64,000 bases of DNA from Somniosus microcephalus. Taxonomy: Eukaryota. The notes beneath the pieces are model-generated. The model made no database searches, was not told where the DNA came from, and saw only the letters and a list, made by a program, of their open reading frames with translations. The stretch is taken from assembly GCA_052327205.1 (NCBI GenBank), contig CM126203.1, positions 376,278,001 through 376,342,000 of the forward strand, in the 5' to 3' direction. Below, piece after piece: positions 1-11,569 of the stretch. Numbering within the stretch: the first letter of the stretch is position 1; each line of letters begins with the position of its first letter. The translations under genes and the position numbers were made by a program.

Positions 1-688
1 AGTCGGCTTGCAACGATCTGGTGGACTTGCTCCTCTAGGTCTGTAAGGGTCTGCAGGTGAGGCGGGCCTCCTCCGGTACGAAGCTGTTGCCTGCGGTTCC
101 TCGCCAGCTTGGCCTGCAAGAGAAAGGACGGGGTGTGTTGAAACATGTTGCCCTGAGCTGACATCACATGCCTCCCATGGTAGAATAGCCCTTACATTAT
201 GCTGCCCTGAGCTGACATCACATGCCTCCCTTGGTAGAATAGCCCTTACATTATGCTGCCCTGAGCTGACATCACATGCCTCCCTTGGTAGAATAGGCCT
301 TACATTATGCACTGAGCTGAATGTGCGTGTGTGTTTCCAGAAAGGGCCATGGGTGCTGGATGACAGCTGGCCATTGGGGCTCTGCGCACCCTCTGGCCAT
401 AAAGTGAGGTGCAAATGGAGGGATGAAGATAAATCTGAAAAAGGCACTCACCCTAACGACCCAAGTGAGGTCGTTGAACTTCTTCCTGCATTGCACAGGA
501 GTCCTGGCCACCATGCTGCTGGAGGTGACTCTTTGGGAAACCTCCCTCCAAGCTCTGCGGTATTTGGTCTGATTAGGCCTCCTGCCATTCTCCGGGTACA
601 GCACAGATCGCCGGCGCTCCACCGTGCCAACCAGAGCATCCAATGCCCCCTCGCTGAAGCGCTGCGCTCTCTCCCTGACCCTCTCCAT
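1..688 (-). CDS. Harbinger Myb/SANT-like DNA-binding protein; exon 1 688-452, intron 451-114, exon 2 from 113 running off the window
   Basis: RAQRFSEGALDALV...AWREVSQRV...RTPVQCRKKFNDL trihelix motif; GTGAGT donor at 451 and CTTGCAG acceptor at 114 (phase 0); exon 2 AKLARNRRQQLRTGGGP has the family TGGG motif. Confidence 0.8.
149..310. repeat. 54-bp minisatellite, 3 copies, in the Myb-gene intron
   Basis: Unit TGCCCTGAGCTGACATCACATGCCTCCC(A/T)TGGTAGAATAGCCCTTACATTATGC starting at 149, 203 and 257. Confidence 0.9.
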
Positions 689-2789
689 GTCCTTGAAGTT
701 TTGGCCGCCACAGGTAGGTTACCGTTGATTTTGAGGCCTACAAGGCGCAGAGTGTGGCTGCAGATGAGAATCGATCCGCCCCTTTAAGAGCTGACCAGCG
801 CCAGCGTGTCTAGGTCAAATTGATTATTGACAGCACCTGCGCTGCGCCCGCCCGCGGAGAAATTGCATTGCGCCGCCGGGTTAGCGCCTTAAGACTACCG
901 TGCAGCGCCTGATTTAGCACCGCGATCACCTTCAGGGGCGCTGCAACCCAATATCGCTCGAGGTGGCGATAATTTGCGCCTGGCGCTAAACTTTGCGCAC
1001 CGCCAATACTAACGCCCCAAACGGGGCGATACCGAATTTTTCCCCCTGTATCTTTGAGCTGCATCGCCCAGGAAAGTCCCAGTTTCAATCCCCAGTTGGT
1101 ATTGAGTCAGTTGATCTTTGTTGGGGTAGCGGTCAGGTGCTTCAGTTGGCGGCAGTACCCCTGGGAATGGAAAGGAAAATTACACAGTGTTCTTGATCTC
1201 GATCGCAGTTCAGTTACCTCCCCCTTCCCCTTTGCTGGAAGGTACGTGAGTGGATATCAGATCAGGATCCGGCCCGGCTAGAACATCCTCCACTGTCTGG
1301 TAACATACTGGCATTTACTGTCAAGGTTCACACATGATCAATGGGCACTTGGGCAAGATCCCAGAAATCCAACGACGCCTATGCAACCGTACTCCACCGA
1401 GGGAGTTAGTACTCCTTGGGAGAGAGGTAGAGGTGCAGTGGAAGAGTGCAGTGTACTGTAGTGTATAGTGTAGTGTATTCGAGCCTTCGTCTGGTGTAGA
1501 GAACTACCAACCAAGCATTCCCCTGAAAAGAGGAAGGGGAAAATTGACAGGAATGTCACTGGAGGCTCATTCTTTAAAGCATCTCCTCAGTTACAGATAC
1601 AAAAAGATTGCAAATTTTTTTTAAAGGAAAAAGATGCATTTATATAGCATCTTAAAAGTGCTGGAAATATACTGTCTGGAGGTCTCTCCGAATACGGTTA
1701 ATGTTTCGGGATGATGCCCTTCTTCATAAGTTAGTGAGACATTAGTGAACTGAAAGCGAAAACATGGAATACTGGTCTGACGATGAGTCTCAACCTGAAA
1801 AGTCAGCCTGGCTATTTCTCTTTTTTGGCAGTGTTTTCTGCTCTTAATCTCCTTAGCTGTTTGCTTCAGAATGGCATTGAAGGCTGTGGAGGAAGTGATC
1901 TACCTTGTTAGCTGGGATCTGTATGTGAAATGTTGTGATCCAGGAAAGGGGGCAGGGGTGACAGTAGTGTCCAGAGGTTCTCGATATGTGAGTACCAGTG
2001 ACTGTCTGTGCACGGACCTGCTACGATTGATGGTGCCCAACATGTAACGGTGGCAACGCCCAAGAATTGGTGATGGCATAGATGTACTTGTAACCTGCCA
2101 CCGGGACAGACAACCCGACAGTTTTGCTGCTAAAGCACAACATGCCAGCATGCTTATGTTGCAATATGCGGCTTTGAGACAACCTGTACGTGACGCAGTG
2201 TCTGTTCAAACTCCAAGAATCATCATTGACATTGTCCTTTTCCAGTGTAAGTGCACGAAGCAGTGCACATTGTCCGTCTCCCGTAACCCGTATATCTAAA
2301 AGTTCCACAAGTGTCTGCAAAATAAAAAGTCCAGGTCTATAAACCAATTGATCCTGCCACTTGTTTAAGGCAGGCTGCTGTCGATGGGCGGCAACTAGAC
2401 TCAATTCAACACGAGACTAAGCAGGCACAATGCAAATCAAAGTAAGTCATTCCTTGACGTTTCTTAACTGCTGAGTTCAATGCCATTGGTATTTTGCAAA
2501 ACATCCAATCTTTTGTTTACAGCTCAGACCTTAAGAACTTTGTTTTCACTGTGATTTTTCATACAATTTGCCCTCCTTTCTTTCCAAATATGCTGAGGTA
2601 TAATACTTGGACGGTGGGTGCTGGAAAACCCCCTTGCTCAAGCAGCTGCCTTTATGTGTAAGCCTGAACTGTGAATATTTGGGGCAGGTGGGTCACACTG
2701 AGCCTGACCCAGTGCTCACCCAACATCCCAGGGATGATGAGACTAACTGGCTATCTAGTTTGACAGGCAGATGATATTTTAAGGTATAA

Positions 2790-3495
2790 CAACAGAAAAT
2801 GCTGGAAAAACTCAGCAGGCCAGGCAACATCCGTGGAGAGAGAAACAGAATCAACGTTCCAGGTCGAAGACCCTTTGTCGGAACTGAGAAAAAAGCAGGA
2901 AATGAAACAGATTAAAAAGCAAGTTTGGGGGCTGGGAAATGGGGGAGGGGATGAAAGAACAAAAGGGAAGGTCTGGGAGAGGTGAAGAGACATTGAGATA
3001 TTCAAGGCGAGACGAGATGGTAATAGGACAGGTAAAGAGACAAAGGATGGCTCTAGATGAAGTGTGAAATACGCTGGCAGAATGAGAGACAGCTGCCATG
3101 TGGGAGAGAGAAAAGGGAAAAGGCACAAACCAAAAGTGTGGATAAAAAATATATAAAAATATAATAGGGGCCGAGGTTATGATCTGAAATTTTTGAACTT
3201 GATATTGAGTCCGGAAGGCTATACAGTGCCTAATCGAAAGATGAGGTGCTGTTCCTTGAGCTTACGCTGAGCTTCCGTGGAACAATACAAGAGGCCGCGG
3301 ACGGTGAGGTCCGAGTGGGAATGGAGCGGTGAATTGAAATGACAGGCGACCGGAAGCTCGGGGTCACCCTTACGGACTGAACGGAGGTGTTCTGCAAAGC
3401 GGTCACCCAATCTGCGTTTGGTCTCCCCAATGTAGAGGAGACCACATCGTGTGCAGCGAATACAGTATACTAGATTGCAAGAAGTACAAGCAAAT
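2790..3495 (-). mobile_element. Penelope-like retroelement 3' fragment (GIY-YIG endonuclease plus pseudo-LTR)
   Basis: ORF 3219-3536 has LVYCIRCTRCGLLYIGETKRRLGDRFAEH; downstream terminal sequence has a degenerate hammerhead core. Confidence 0.85.
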
Positions 3496-3666
3496 TGAAG
3501 AACAGACAGACCTGCATTTATATAGTACATTATCATATCTCAAACATCTGAAAGCACTTCACACAGTAACTGGTTTGAAATGCAGTGACTATTGTTTTTT
3601 AGGCAAATGGGTCACCCATTTTGCATGTTGCAAGTTCCCACAAACACCAACAGGCTGACCAGTATA

Positions 3667-3996
3667 CAGGAAACTTTGTGATATCCGGCAGCGACGGGAC
3701 CGGCGTGTTGCCGATCTATCAAAACTGCCGGACATACAAAGTTAATGTTGAAGCATACAGAGGTTTTCATCTCCGTATCTGACAACAAATACTGTTGCTT
3801 AGCAACAGCTTCTAAAGACTCAGCTGCAGCTGCAAGCGTCTCTAGCTGAAGCTGTTGCTATAGCTACAGACCTTGCAGTGGCTGACTGGGGAAAAAAAAC
3901 AAGATCTAAAAAAAACTTACAGAAAACGGCTCCTGATTTTTGCCGTTAGATCGAGTATTCCAGACATACAACCTCCGGATAAACCAAAGTTTCCTG
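3667..3996. mobile_element. Tc1/mariner(pogo/Tigger)-type MITE
   Basis: TIRs CAGGAAACTTTG..TATCCGG / CCGGATA..CAAAGTTTCCTG flanked by TA on both sides (3665-3666, 3997-3998); no ORF. Confidence 0.75.
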
Positions 3997-4672
3997 TATC
4001 TACTTTTAGTGGTGTTAGTTAAGGGAAGAATATTGGCCAGGACACTGGGTGCACGCCCAGCTTTTCTTCACAAAATGCCATGGAATCTTTAACATCCACC
4101 TGAACCTGAACCTCAGTTTGAATGCAGCACTCCTTCACTGCTGCATTGGAGTGTTGGCTAAGATTATGAGCTCAAATCCCAGTGTGGGGCTTAACACACA
4201 ACTTTCCAATTCAGAGGCAAGAGTGCTACTACTGAACCAAGCTCATCCATAAACTGAGACTGTCAATACTTATTTCACACAGGACTCTTAAAGCCAACAA
4301 TCTATCAGTTTGTGCACTATTTTGTGATTGTTTTTGTGAGAGAGCAGTATAGTTAGGAACATAGGAATTGCTGGATGAAAAAGACCACGGTCTATCTAGT
4401 TCATCTTCTACCATCCTGGTAGTCGTGTGCTACAACGATAATGGAGTTGTCTAATCACAGCAATTGATCTCTATCAGTCTACAACAGACCCAGACATGAG
4501 ATGAGGAAAACTCCCAGTGGTGGAGAGCTTTGGGAACTATAGGTCCAAAGTCTCCTGTTCCTCCCAAGCATGTTCCACTTACCACATGTCATGTCTCAAA
4601 TTACTCATATACTGTATCCTAAATTTTGATTTACTTGAGAATAACGTAACCTTGTTTGGTGTTGTAATGTAG

Positions 4673-4782
4673 AAACTGGACATTTGCACAAAGCGGTCAA
4701 AAGCGGCTCCAAAGCCCATGTGATGGAGGACTATGTAGTCTTCAAGCCAGCTGAGAAAGTTCTGAACATTGCACTACAGCAG
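4673..4782 (+). CDS. SEMA4F: Semaphorin-4F internal exon (C-terminal Sema domain)
   Basis: tgtag|...CAG|gtaaga; encodes (E)TGHLHKAVKSGSKAHVMEDYVVFKPAEKVLNIALQQ, the GHLH(K/R)AV Sema motif; phase 0 matches the next exon. Confidence 0.85.
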
Positions 4783-5179
4783 GTAAGAAACCCAGCCAAT
4801 CACAAGGCCATCAAACCTTGCAGCAAAAACTGGAGCTTATACTAATCTTGAAAATGCAGATGCACCAAGAGATGGCCATTCAGCCCATCAGTCTTGCTCT
4901 TTCCATAGACTGTGTATTGTATACTGTTCCCCAGTCTGACCAGATCCCTGTTGAATTCACACCCTGATGCGCTATCAATTACTCATAAAAGACTGAGAGT
5001 TAAGAGAGTAACTAAAGGCTTTTATTAACAAAAGAATGAAGGTCTGCCTCGAGTGGTCGACCGGTCCAGAAATAAAAAGGGCTGGGGAGCAGTCACCTTT
5101 ATACTAGGACTTGTGGGAGGAGTCAGCCGAGGCATGTCCAGGCATGTACACAGTGGAATACAAACAGTGGTTTACCACA

Positions 5180-7570
5180 TTTACCCCTTGTTTAAAATTG
5201 AGTCCGGCGGGGTGAAGTGTATTAAAAGTTAGTGTATTGGAGTCTCTCCGGAGGTCTTGTCTGCCGCTGTGATCGGCGTGGCGACGGCAGGGGTAGTGGA
5301 GCTTCCGGCGTCGAGTCCTGCGTGGGCTGTGGCACAGGCGTGTCGTCCTCGTAGATGTCGAGCGGGTCTCAGGGCCCAGGCCTGCCGTCTGCTGGGGCTG
5401 GATATCGGATCGTGGGGGGGGTGGTAGTGAGTAGTGGGTTACTGCGGCCCCCGAGGGTGCAAGGTCTCTTATGGAGACTGCGTCCTCCCGCCCGTCCGGG
5501 TATGCAATGTAAGCATACTGAGGGTTGGCATGGAGGAGGTCGACCCTCTCGACCAGGGGGTGCCTTCTCAGTAGGACCGGCCCTGGGGACGTCAGCCATG
5601 GCGGTAGCGATGTCCCCGATGTGGACTTCCTTGGGAAGACAAACATTTTCTCATGAGGGGTGGCGTTAGTGGCAGTGCAGAGCAGTGACCGAATAGAGTG
5701 GAGCGCATCGGGGAGCACATCCTGCCAGCGGGAGGTTGGAAGGCCCCTAGACTTTAAGGCTAGCAGGGCGGCCTTCCAAACTGTCGCATTTTCTCTTTCC
5801 ACCTGTCCGTTCCCCCGGGGGTTGTAACTGGTGGTCCTGCTTGTGGCAATACCCCTAGTTAGCAGGTACTGACGGAGTTCATCGCTCATAAACGATGAGC
5901 CCCGGTCGCTATGGATATAGCTGGGGAAACCGAACAGGGTGAAGAGGTCGTTCAGACATTTAATGACCGTGGCACTGGTCATGTCCGGGCAGGGGATGGC
6001 GAACGGGAAACGGGAGTACTCATCAATAATATTGAGGAAGTACACATTGCGGTCGGAGGAGGGGAGAGGCCCTTTAAAATCAACGCTCAGGCGCTCGAAG
6101 GGGCGAGTGGCTTTTATCAGGTGGGCCCTGTCTGGTCTATAAAAGTGCGGTTTGCACTCAGCGCAGACTTGGCAGTTCCTGGTCATGGTCCTGACCTCCT
6201 CAATAGAGTAAGGCAGGTTGCGGGCCTTGATGAAGTGGAAGAACCTGGTGACCCCCGGGTGGCAGAGGTCATTGTGGAGGGCCCGCAGTCTATCGATCTG
6301 CGCGCTGGCGCAGGTGCCACGCGATAGCGCATCCGGGGGTTCATTGAGCTTCCCGGGCCGGTACAAGATCTCGTAATTGTAGGTGGAAAGTTCGATTCTC
6401 CACCTCAAGATCTTGTCATTTTTGATTTTGCCCCTCTGCTTGTTGTTAAACATGAAAGCAACTGAACGTTGGCCAGTGAGCAGGGTAAATCGTTTTCCGG
6501 CCAGGTAGTGCCTCCAATGACGCACAGCCTCCACAATCGCCTGGGCCTCCTTCTCAACAGCGGAGTGTCTGGTCTCCGGGCCTTGGAGTGTTCGTGAAAA
6601 GAAGGCCACGGGTCTCCCCGCCTGATTGAGGGTAGCGGCCAGGGCAAAGTCGGACGCGTCGCTTTCCACCTGGAAGGGGATGGATTCGTCCACTGCGTGC
6701 ATGGTGGCTTTGGCAATGTCTTGATACGGTGGAAGGCTAAGCGGGCCTCTGCCGTCAAGGGAAAAGAGGTGGACTTGATCAGCGGATGGGCCTTGTCCGC
6801 ATAGGAGGGGACCCACTGGGCATAATAGGAGAAAAACCCTAGGCACCTCTTCAGGGCCTTGAGGCAGTGGGAGTTCCATAAGGGGACGCATCCGGTCGGG
6901 GTCGGGGCCGATGACTCCGTGTTCCACAACACAGCCAAGGATGGCGAGGCGGTTTGTGCGGAATATGCACTTCTCCTTGTTATATGTCAGGTTCAGGAGT
7001 TGGGCGGTGCGGAGGAATTTTTCGAGGTTTGCGTCATGGTCCTGCAAGTCACGGCCGCAGATGGTCACATTGTCCAGATATGGGAAAGTGGCCTGCAACA
7101 CATTTTGATCTACCATCCGGTCCATCTCCCTTTGGAAGACGGAAACCCCGTTGGTGACGCCAAAGGGAACCCTAAGGAAGTGGTAGAGGCGGCCGTTTGC
7201 CTCAAAGGCAGTATACTGGCGGTCCTCAGGGCGGATAGGGAGCTGGTGGTACGCTGATTTCAGGTCAATGGTCGAGAAGACGCGGTACTGCACGATCTGG
7301 TTGACCATATCAGCTATGCGGGGGAGTGGGTAGGCGTCCAGCAGGGTGTAGCGATTTATTGTCTGGCTGTAGTCGATGACCAGGCGCCGCTTCTCGCCGG
7401 TCTTAACGACCACAACCTGGGCTCGCCAGGGGCTGGTGCTGCCCTCAATAATCCCTTCCTTCAGGAGCCGCTCCACTTCGGTTTTAATGAAAACCCTGTC
7501 CCCGGCACTGTATCGCCTGCTCTTTGTGGCGATGGGCTTACAGTCGGGGGTGAGGTTAGCAAACAGTGGG
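5180..7570 (-). pseudogene. Gypsy pol (RT-RNaseH-integrase) with frameshift lesions
   Basis: FSTIDLKSAYHQ, PFG, YLDN; ESDAS RNase H; HHCC and D,D(35)E integrase; compensating 8-bp and 4-bp deletions relative to copy 2 scramble about 6725-6870. Confidence 0.85.
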
Positions 7571-9026
7571 GGGGGGTGACTCTGAGTGTGGAGAGGTTGC
7601 ACCTGGTGCGCGGCGGGCAATTTGGGAGCTGCTGGCTGCGGACTGTGAGTGGGGGTAGGGGTCCACCGTACGCCATCGTAACACTTTTAAGGTGGCACTG
7701 AAAATCTAACCCCAGCAGGACGGCAGCGCAGAGGTCGGGCAGGACCAGAAGTTTAAAATGATCGTACACGGTCCCGTCTACTACGAGTGTCACTACGCAG
7801 TAGCCGCCGATGTCCGCCGACTGGGACTCGGAGGCCATAGAAATCCGCTGGTGCGCAGGCAGGACTGGGAGAGAGCAACGCCGCACCGTGTCGGGGTGGA
7901 TGAAGCTCTCCGTGCTCCCAGAGTCAAAAAGGCAGATTGTATCGTGGCCATTTACCTTAATGTCCATTGTGGAACTGGCCAGCTGGTGCGGTCTCGCTTG
8001 GTCCAGTGTAACGGATGCCAGCGTAGGGGTCGGTGTGTCGCTGCGGGTATCAGATGAGGCGGTGTTGGGGGCCTGCTGCGTTCCGGCTGTCGTCCGAGAT
8101 GGCGGCGTCCATGATCCCCATGTGGCTGGAGGCGTCCAAAATGGCTGCTGTACCGGTGGTTCGCACATGGCCGGGGAGGCCCAAGATGGCGGCCCGCATG
8201 GCCCACACGCGGCGCTGCTGGGGTTCGGGGTGGCTTTGGCCCTGCAGACGTTAGCGTAGTGTCCCTTCTTCCCACAGCCCGAGCAGATCGCGTTTTTCGC
8301 CGGGCAGCGCGCTCTGGGGTGTTTTGCCTGGCCACAGAAGTAGCATTTCTGGCCTTGGGGCACTGCTGTCTGGCCTTGGGACACTGCTGCGGTAGTTGGG
8401 CCGTTGCTGGGGTGTGGCTGGGGTGGCACGGCGCTATGAGGCGGTCCTACCATGTCCCAGGCTGTCATTCCCCGCGGCGTCCACGGTGCAGAGGAGTAGG
8501 CATCCATGCCCCGGTAGGCTGCATCCAATGATAGTGCGAGTTCAGAGGCCTTGTTGAGGTCGAGGTCACTCTGCTCCAACAGTCGCTGTCGGGTGTAATT
8601 GGATCTGTGGCCCGCTACAAAAGCGTCCCGGATAAGTTCCTCTGTGTACACGGCGGCCTTTACATCCTTACAACCACAGGCCCGGCCAAGCACAGACAGT
8701 GCCTGAAGGTATTCCACGGTCGATTCCCCAGGTTGTTGTTTACGACTCCCCAGAAGGTGCCTGGCGTACACTTCGTTCACTGGGCGCGTGTACTGGTCCT
8801 TGAGGAGCTTGATAGCGTCCGCATACGAGGTCGCGTCTTGGATGACCGAGTACACTCGGTGGTTCACTTTGGAGGTCAGGACATCCAGTTTGTCCTCGTC
8901 CGATTTGATTGCTGCGGAGGCGGTCAGGAATTTTTCGAAACACTTAAGCCAGTGAGTAAACTTGGTGGATGAGTCCGCCTCCCGATGATCTAAGTCCAGG
9001 CATGCTGGTGTGAGGATCTTCTCCAT
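7461..9026 (-). CDS. Gypsy gag-protease
   Basis: CYFCGQAKHPRARC and CSGCGKKGHYANVC knuckles; LFDSGS aspartyl protease motif; frame lost at the poly-C run near 7568-7576. Confidence 0.85.
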   Translation of the reverse strand: MEKILTPACLDLDHREADSSTKFTHWLKCFEKFLTASAAIKSDEDKLDVLTSKVNHRVYSVIQDATSYADAIKLLKDQYTRPVNEVYARHLLGSRKQQPGESTVEYLQALSVLGRACGCKDVKAAVYTEELIRDAFVAGHRSNYTRQRLLEQSDLDLNKASELALSLDAAYRGMDAYSSAPWTPRGMTAWDMVGPPHSAVPPQPHPSNGPTTAAVSQGQTAVPQGQKCYFCGQAKHPRARCPAKNAICSGCGKKGHYANVCRAKATPNPSSAACGPCGPPSWASPAMCEPPVQQPFWTPPATWGSWTPPSRTTAGTQQAPNTASSDTRSDTPTPTLASVTLDQARPHQLASSTMDIKVNGHDTICLFDSGSTESFIHPDTVRRCSLPVLPAHQRISMASESQSADIGGYCVVTLVVDGTVYDHFKLLVLPDLCAAVLLGLDFQCHLKSVTMAYGGPLPPLTVRSQQLPNCPPRTRCNLSTLRVTPPHCLLTSPPTVSPSPQRAGDTVPGTGFSLKPKWSGS

Positions 9027-9672
9027 TATAAAAATTTTGTTAATAAAATTGATGCGCTATCAATTACTCATAAAAGATTGAGAGTTAAGAGAGTAACTAA
9101 AGGCTTTTATTAACAAAAGAATGAAGGTCTGCCTCGAGTGGTCGACCGGTCCAGAAATACAAAGGGCTGGGGAGCAGTCACCTTTATACTAGGACTTGTG
9201 GGAGGAGTCAGCCGAGGCATGTCCAGGCATGTACACAGTGGAATACAAACAGTGGTTTACCACACACCCCACATGCGTTGATCTTGCAAATGTAGTTCCG
9301 ACAGAGTTCCATTCACTGCGTTTCTATTCTGGTAACATATCCTCCCCAGTGATGGGGTGTGGTTGGGTGAGGGTTGGAGGAAGGCCCAAACAAGCCAGAA
9401 ATGTGCAGGTTGTGTTTTCTGGGCTGTATAGGCAGACTAAATGCTCTGCTTCAAGAGGCGGGTCATGAACCTAACTATCTAGGTGGTGCTCTCTGCCACT
9501 GTAGACACTTTAGAGGCGCTGGCCCCAAAGGCTGCAATATAAATGGGCTACTCTATATAAACTCCGGAAGGACAGTTCTACTTTTCCTGCCCTTAGTTGA
9601 ACATCATTAACCTGCAGGATCATCAGTACTTTGCATTAAGCCATGAACTAAGAGACTTGATGATGACTCATG

Positions 9673-10345
9673 GGGGGGAAAAATTCAGTTGTTTGCGCCT
9701 ACCGTTAGCGCCTTAAGAGGGCGCTAATGGGGCGCAAAGCAACTAGTGCCCGGGCACGGCGATGTTTGCACCGCTCGCGAAATTAACTAGACATTTTGCG
9801 GCGGCGCTAAACACTACCGCCACGATCTCCTGTGACGGCAAATTGTGACGTCAGTCGAGTGCACAACATCCCGTTAGCTCCCTGGACTGGGTATTGAGTG
9901 GTGCCCCCTGCCTTACCGCCTGCCGCTAGCAACGACAGGTTGAGGGGAGCGTTATGCTGTCAGAAAGGGACTGGGGGAGCGCTATTTAAAGGCGACCGCT
10001 TCCTGCCTTTTTTTGTCGGTGACATTTTTGCACCATGCATTCTGAGAGAGAGAGAGAGAGAGACTTCTGGAGAGATTCAACGCTGTGTAAAGGAGTTTTG
10101 AGTACTGAGCAGCACTTTGCAGGTTTTTTTTGATTTGCCCTTGCTTCGGCAGCGCTGTGAGGTAGTGCCTCGCTCCTCGGCCTTTGCGCCTTAAGACAGG
10201 TGTGAAGCGCCTGATTTAGCGCTCCAATCACCTCCAAAGGCGATAAAAGCCAAGTTTGCCGGAGGCGATAATTAGCGCCAGGCGCTAAACTTTGCGCACG
10301 GCCGATAATGGCGCCCCAAACGGGGCGATACTGAATTTTTCCCCC
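9673..10345. mobile_element. Non-autonomous Harbinger element (MITE)
   Basis: TIRs GGGGGAAAAATTCAGT / ACTGAATTTTTCCCCC; ATG flanks at 9670-9672 and 10346-10348; right end homologous to about 900-1046; internal (GA)n. Confidence 0.8.
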
Positions 10346-10412
10346 ATGTAGTCTGCTGCACTCCAACCCCTTCCATCATTTTATTAGTAATAGAAGAGTT
10401 CATAAGGAAATT

Positions 10413-10779
10413 GGTACAGTAGCATAGTGGTTATGTTACTGGACTAGTAATCCAGAGGCCTGGACCAACGATCCAGAGACATGAGTTTGAATCCTACTAT
10501 GGCAGCTGGGAAATTTAAATTCAGTTAATGAAATAAATCTGGAATAAAAAGCTGTATGATGACCATGAAATTACTGGATTGTAAAAACCTAGCTGGCTCA
10601 CTAATGTCCTTTAGGGAAGGAAATCTGCTGCCCTTACCCGGTCTGGCCTATATGTGACTCTTCACTGCCCTCTGAAATGGCCGAGCAAGCCACTCAATTG
10701 TATCAAAGGGCAATTAGGGATGGGTAATAAATGCTGGCATTGCCAGCGACGCCCACATCCCGTAACTGAATAAAAAAAT
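10413..10779 (+). mobile_element. tRNA-derived SINE with a LINE-derived 3' tail
   Basis: A/B-box-like head (TAGCATAGTGG...GTTTGAATCC); tail GGATGGGTAATAAATGCTGGC..GCCAGCGACGCCCACATCCC; second copy at 28517-33240. Confidence 0.75.
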
Positions 10780-10845
10780 AACAAAATTGGTAATGAGAAA
10801 GAGTTTATGAGTGAATTTGGTGCTGATGGGGATAATTTCTTTCAG

Positions 10846-11009
10846 GGGTCTGTCTACGTTGGATCCGCTAGCACAGTGGTCCAGCTTCCAGCAGTAAACT
10901 GCAGCAGGTATTCCCGCTGCAATGCCTGTCTCCTGGCACGGGATCTGTCGTGCGTCTGGGATGTGCAGAAATTGGAATGTGTTCATTTTGGAAGCCAACC
11001 CGCCCAGGG
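10846..11009 (+). CDS. SEMA4F: Semaphorin-4F exon (end of Sema plus PSI domain)
   Basis: tttcag|GGG...CAGGG|gtgagt; GSVYVGSASTVVQLPAVNCSRYSRCNACLLARDLSCVWDVQKLECV has PSI cysteine spacing. Confidence 0.9.
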
Positions 11010-11569
11010 GTGAGTACCAGTGCAGGAGTCGGATCTTCTCTCAAAGCGTAATTGAGTTGCACCAGGGAAGGCCTTTGAAACGGACACTAAAAAATAACAG
11101 TGAAAGAACTGGGCTGCACTTCTGGAGAGAGAAGCAACTGAGGGAAATGGTAGCAGGGTGACTAGGTGGGATTGTGGAATGAAAAAGGAACAGGCTTGTT
11201 GGCCGACCGGGCTTTTCTGGTCCCTGAAAATTCTTATGCTGGTTCATTGCGAACACATACAAACATACAAAAGCGTCGGACAGGAAAAGACCAGCTAGTC
11301 CATCTAGCCCATCCCAACACATACCATTGTGGAGCGTTATTGACCTGCGTCATATGTATGTGCCTATGTGACTGGACCTTTTAAATACTTTTTCAAAAGT
11401 CACTTTTCTGCCTCCTCTCCTGAAACCCCTTTCGCTGTTGTACGATTCCACTGGTGCCATTAGGTTTCCGGTACCTCTCCCAAGAGACTAGACATTAAAT
11501 TGCATTGGGTTTAGTGTATTTCATCCCTCCGAACCTCTACAGTAAAGGAGCCCAGTGATAGCACCGGAG

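Larger units (their letters stand above)
1..1046 (-). mobile_element. PIF/Harbinger DNA transposon, one end carrying the Myb/SANT-like gene (rest outside window)
   Basis: Terminus ACCGAATTTTTCCCCC at 1031-1046; terminal ~150 bp is similar to the right end of the MITE at 9673-10345; spliced Myb/SANT-like ORF inside. Confidence 0.8.
4965..9264 (-). mobile_element. Full-length Ty3/Gypsy LTR retrotransposon (YLDN family, copy 1), antisense in a SEMA4F intron
   Basis: 215-bp LTRs 4965-5179 and 9050-9264 (TG...CA, 2 differences seen); 5-bp TSD CACCC (4960-4964, 9265-9269); order gag(2x CCHC)-PR(DSG)-RT-RH-IN; purine-rich tract before the 3' LTR. Confidence 0.95.

Noticed and set aside
149-310. Regularly spaced repeats resembling a CRISPR array
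   Set aside because: Head-to-tail minisatellite without unique spacers, in eukaryotic context with no cas genes.
2021-2404. 127-aa minus-strand ORF with TGDGQCALLRAL (reminiscent of OTU GDGNC) and a TTTTATTTTGCAG acceptor-like site
   Set aside because: Motif is imperfect, there are no other OTU residues or partner exons, and the start is non-ATG; left unexplained, probably chance or a decayed repeat.
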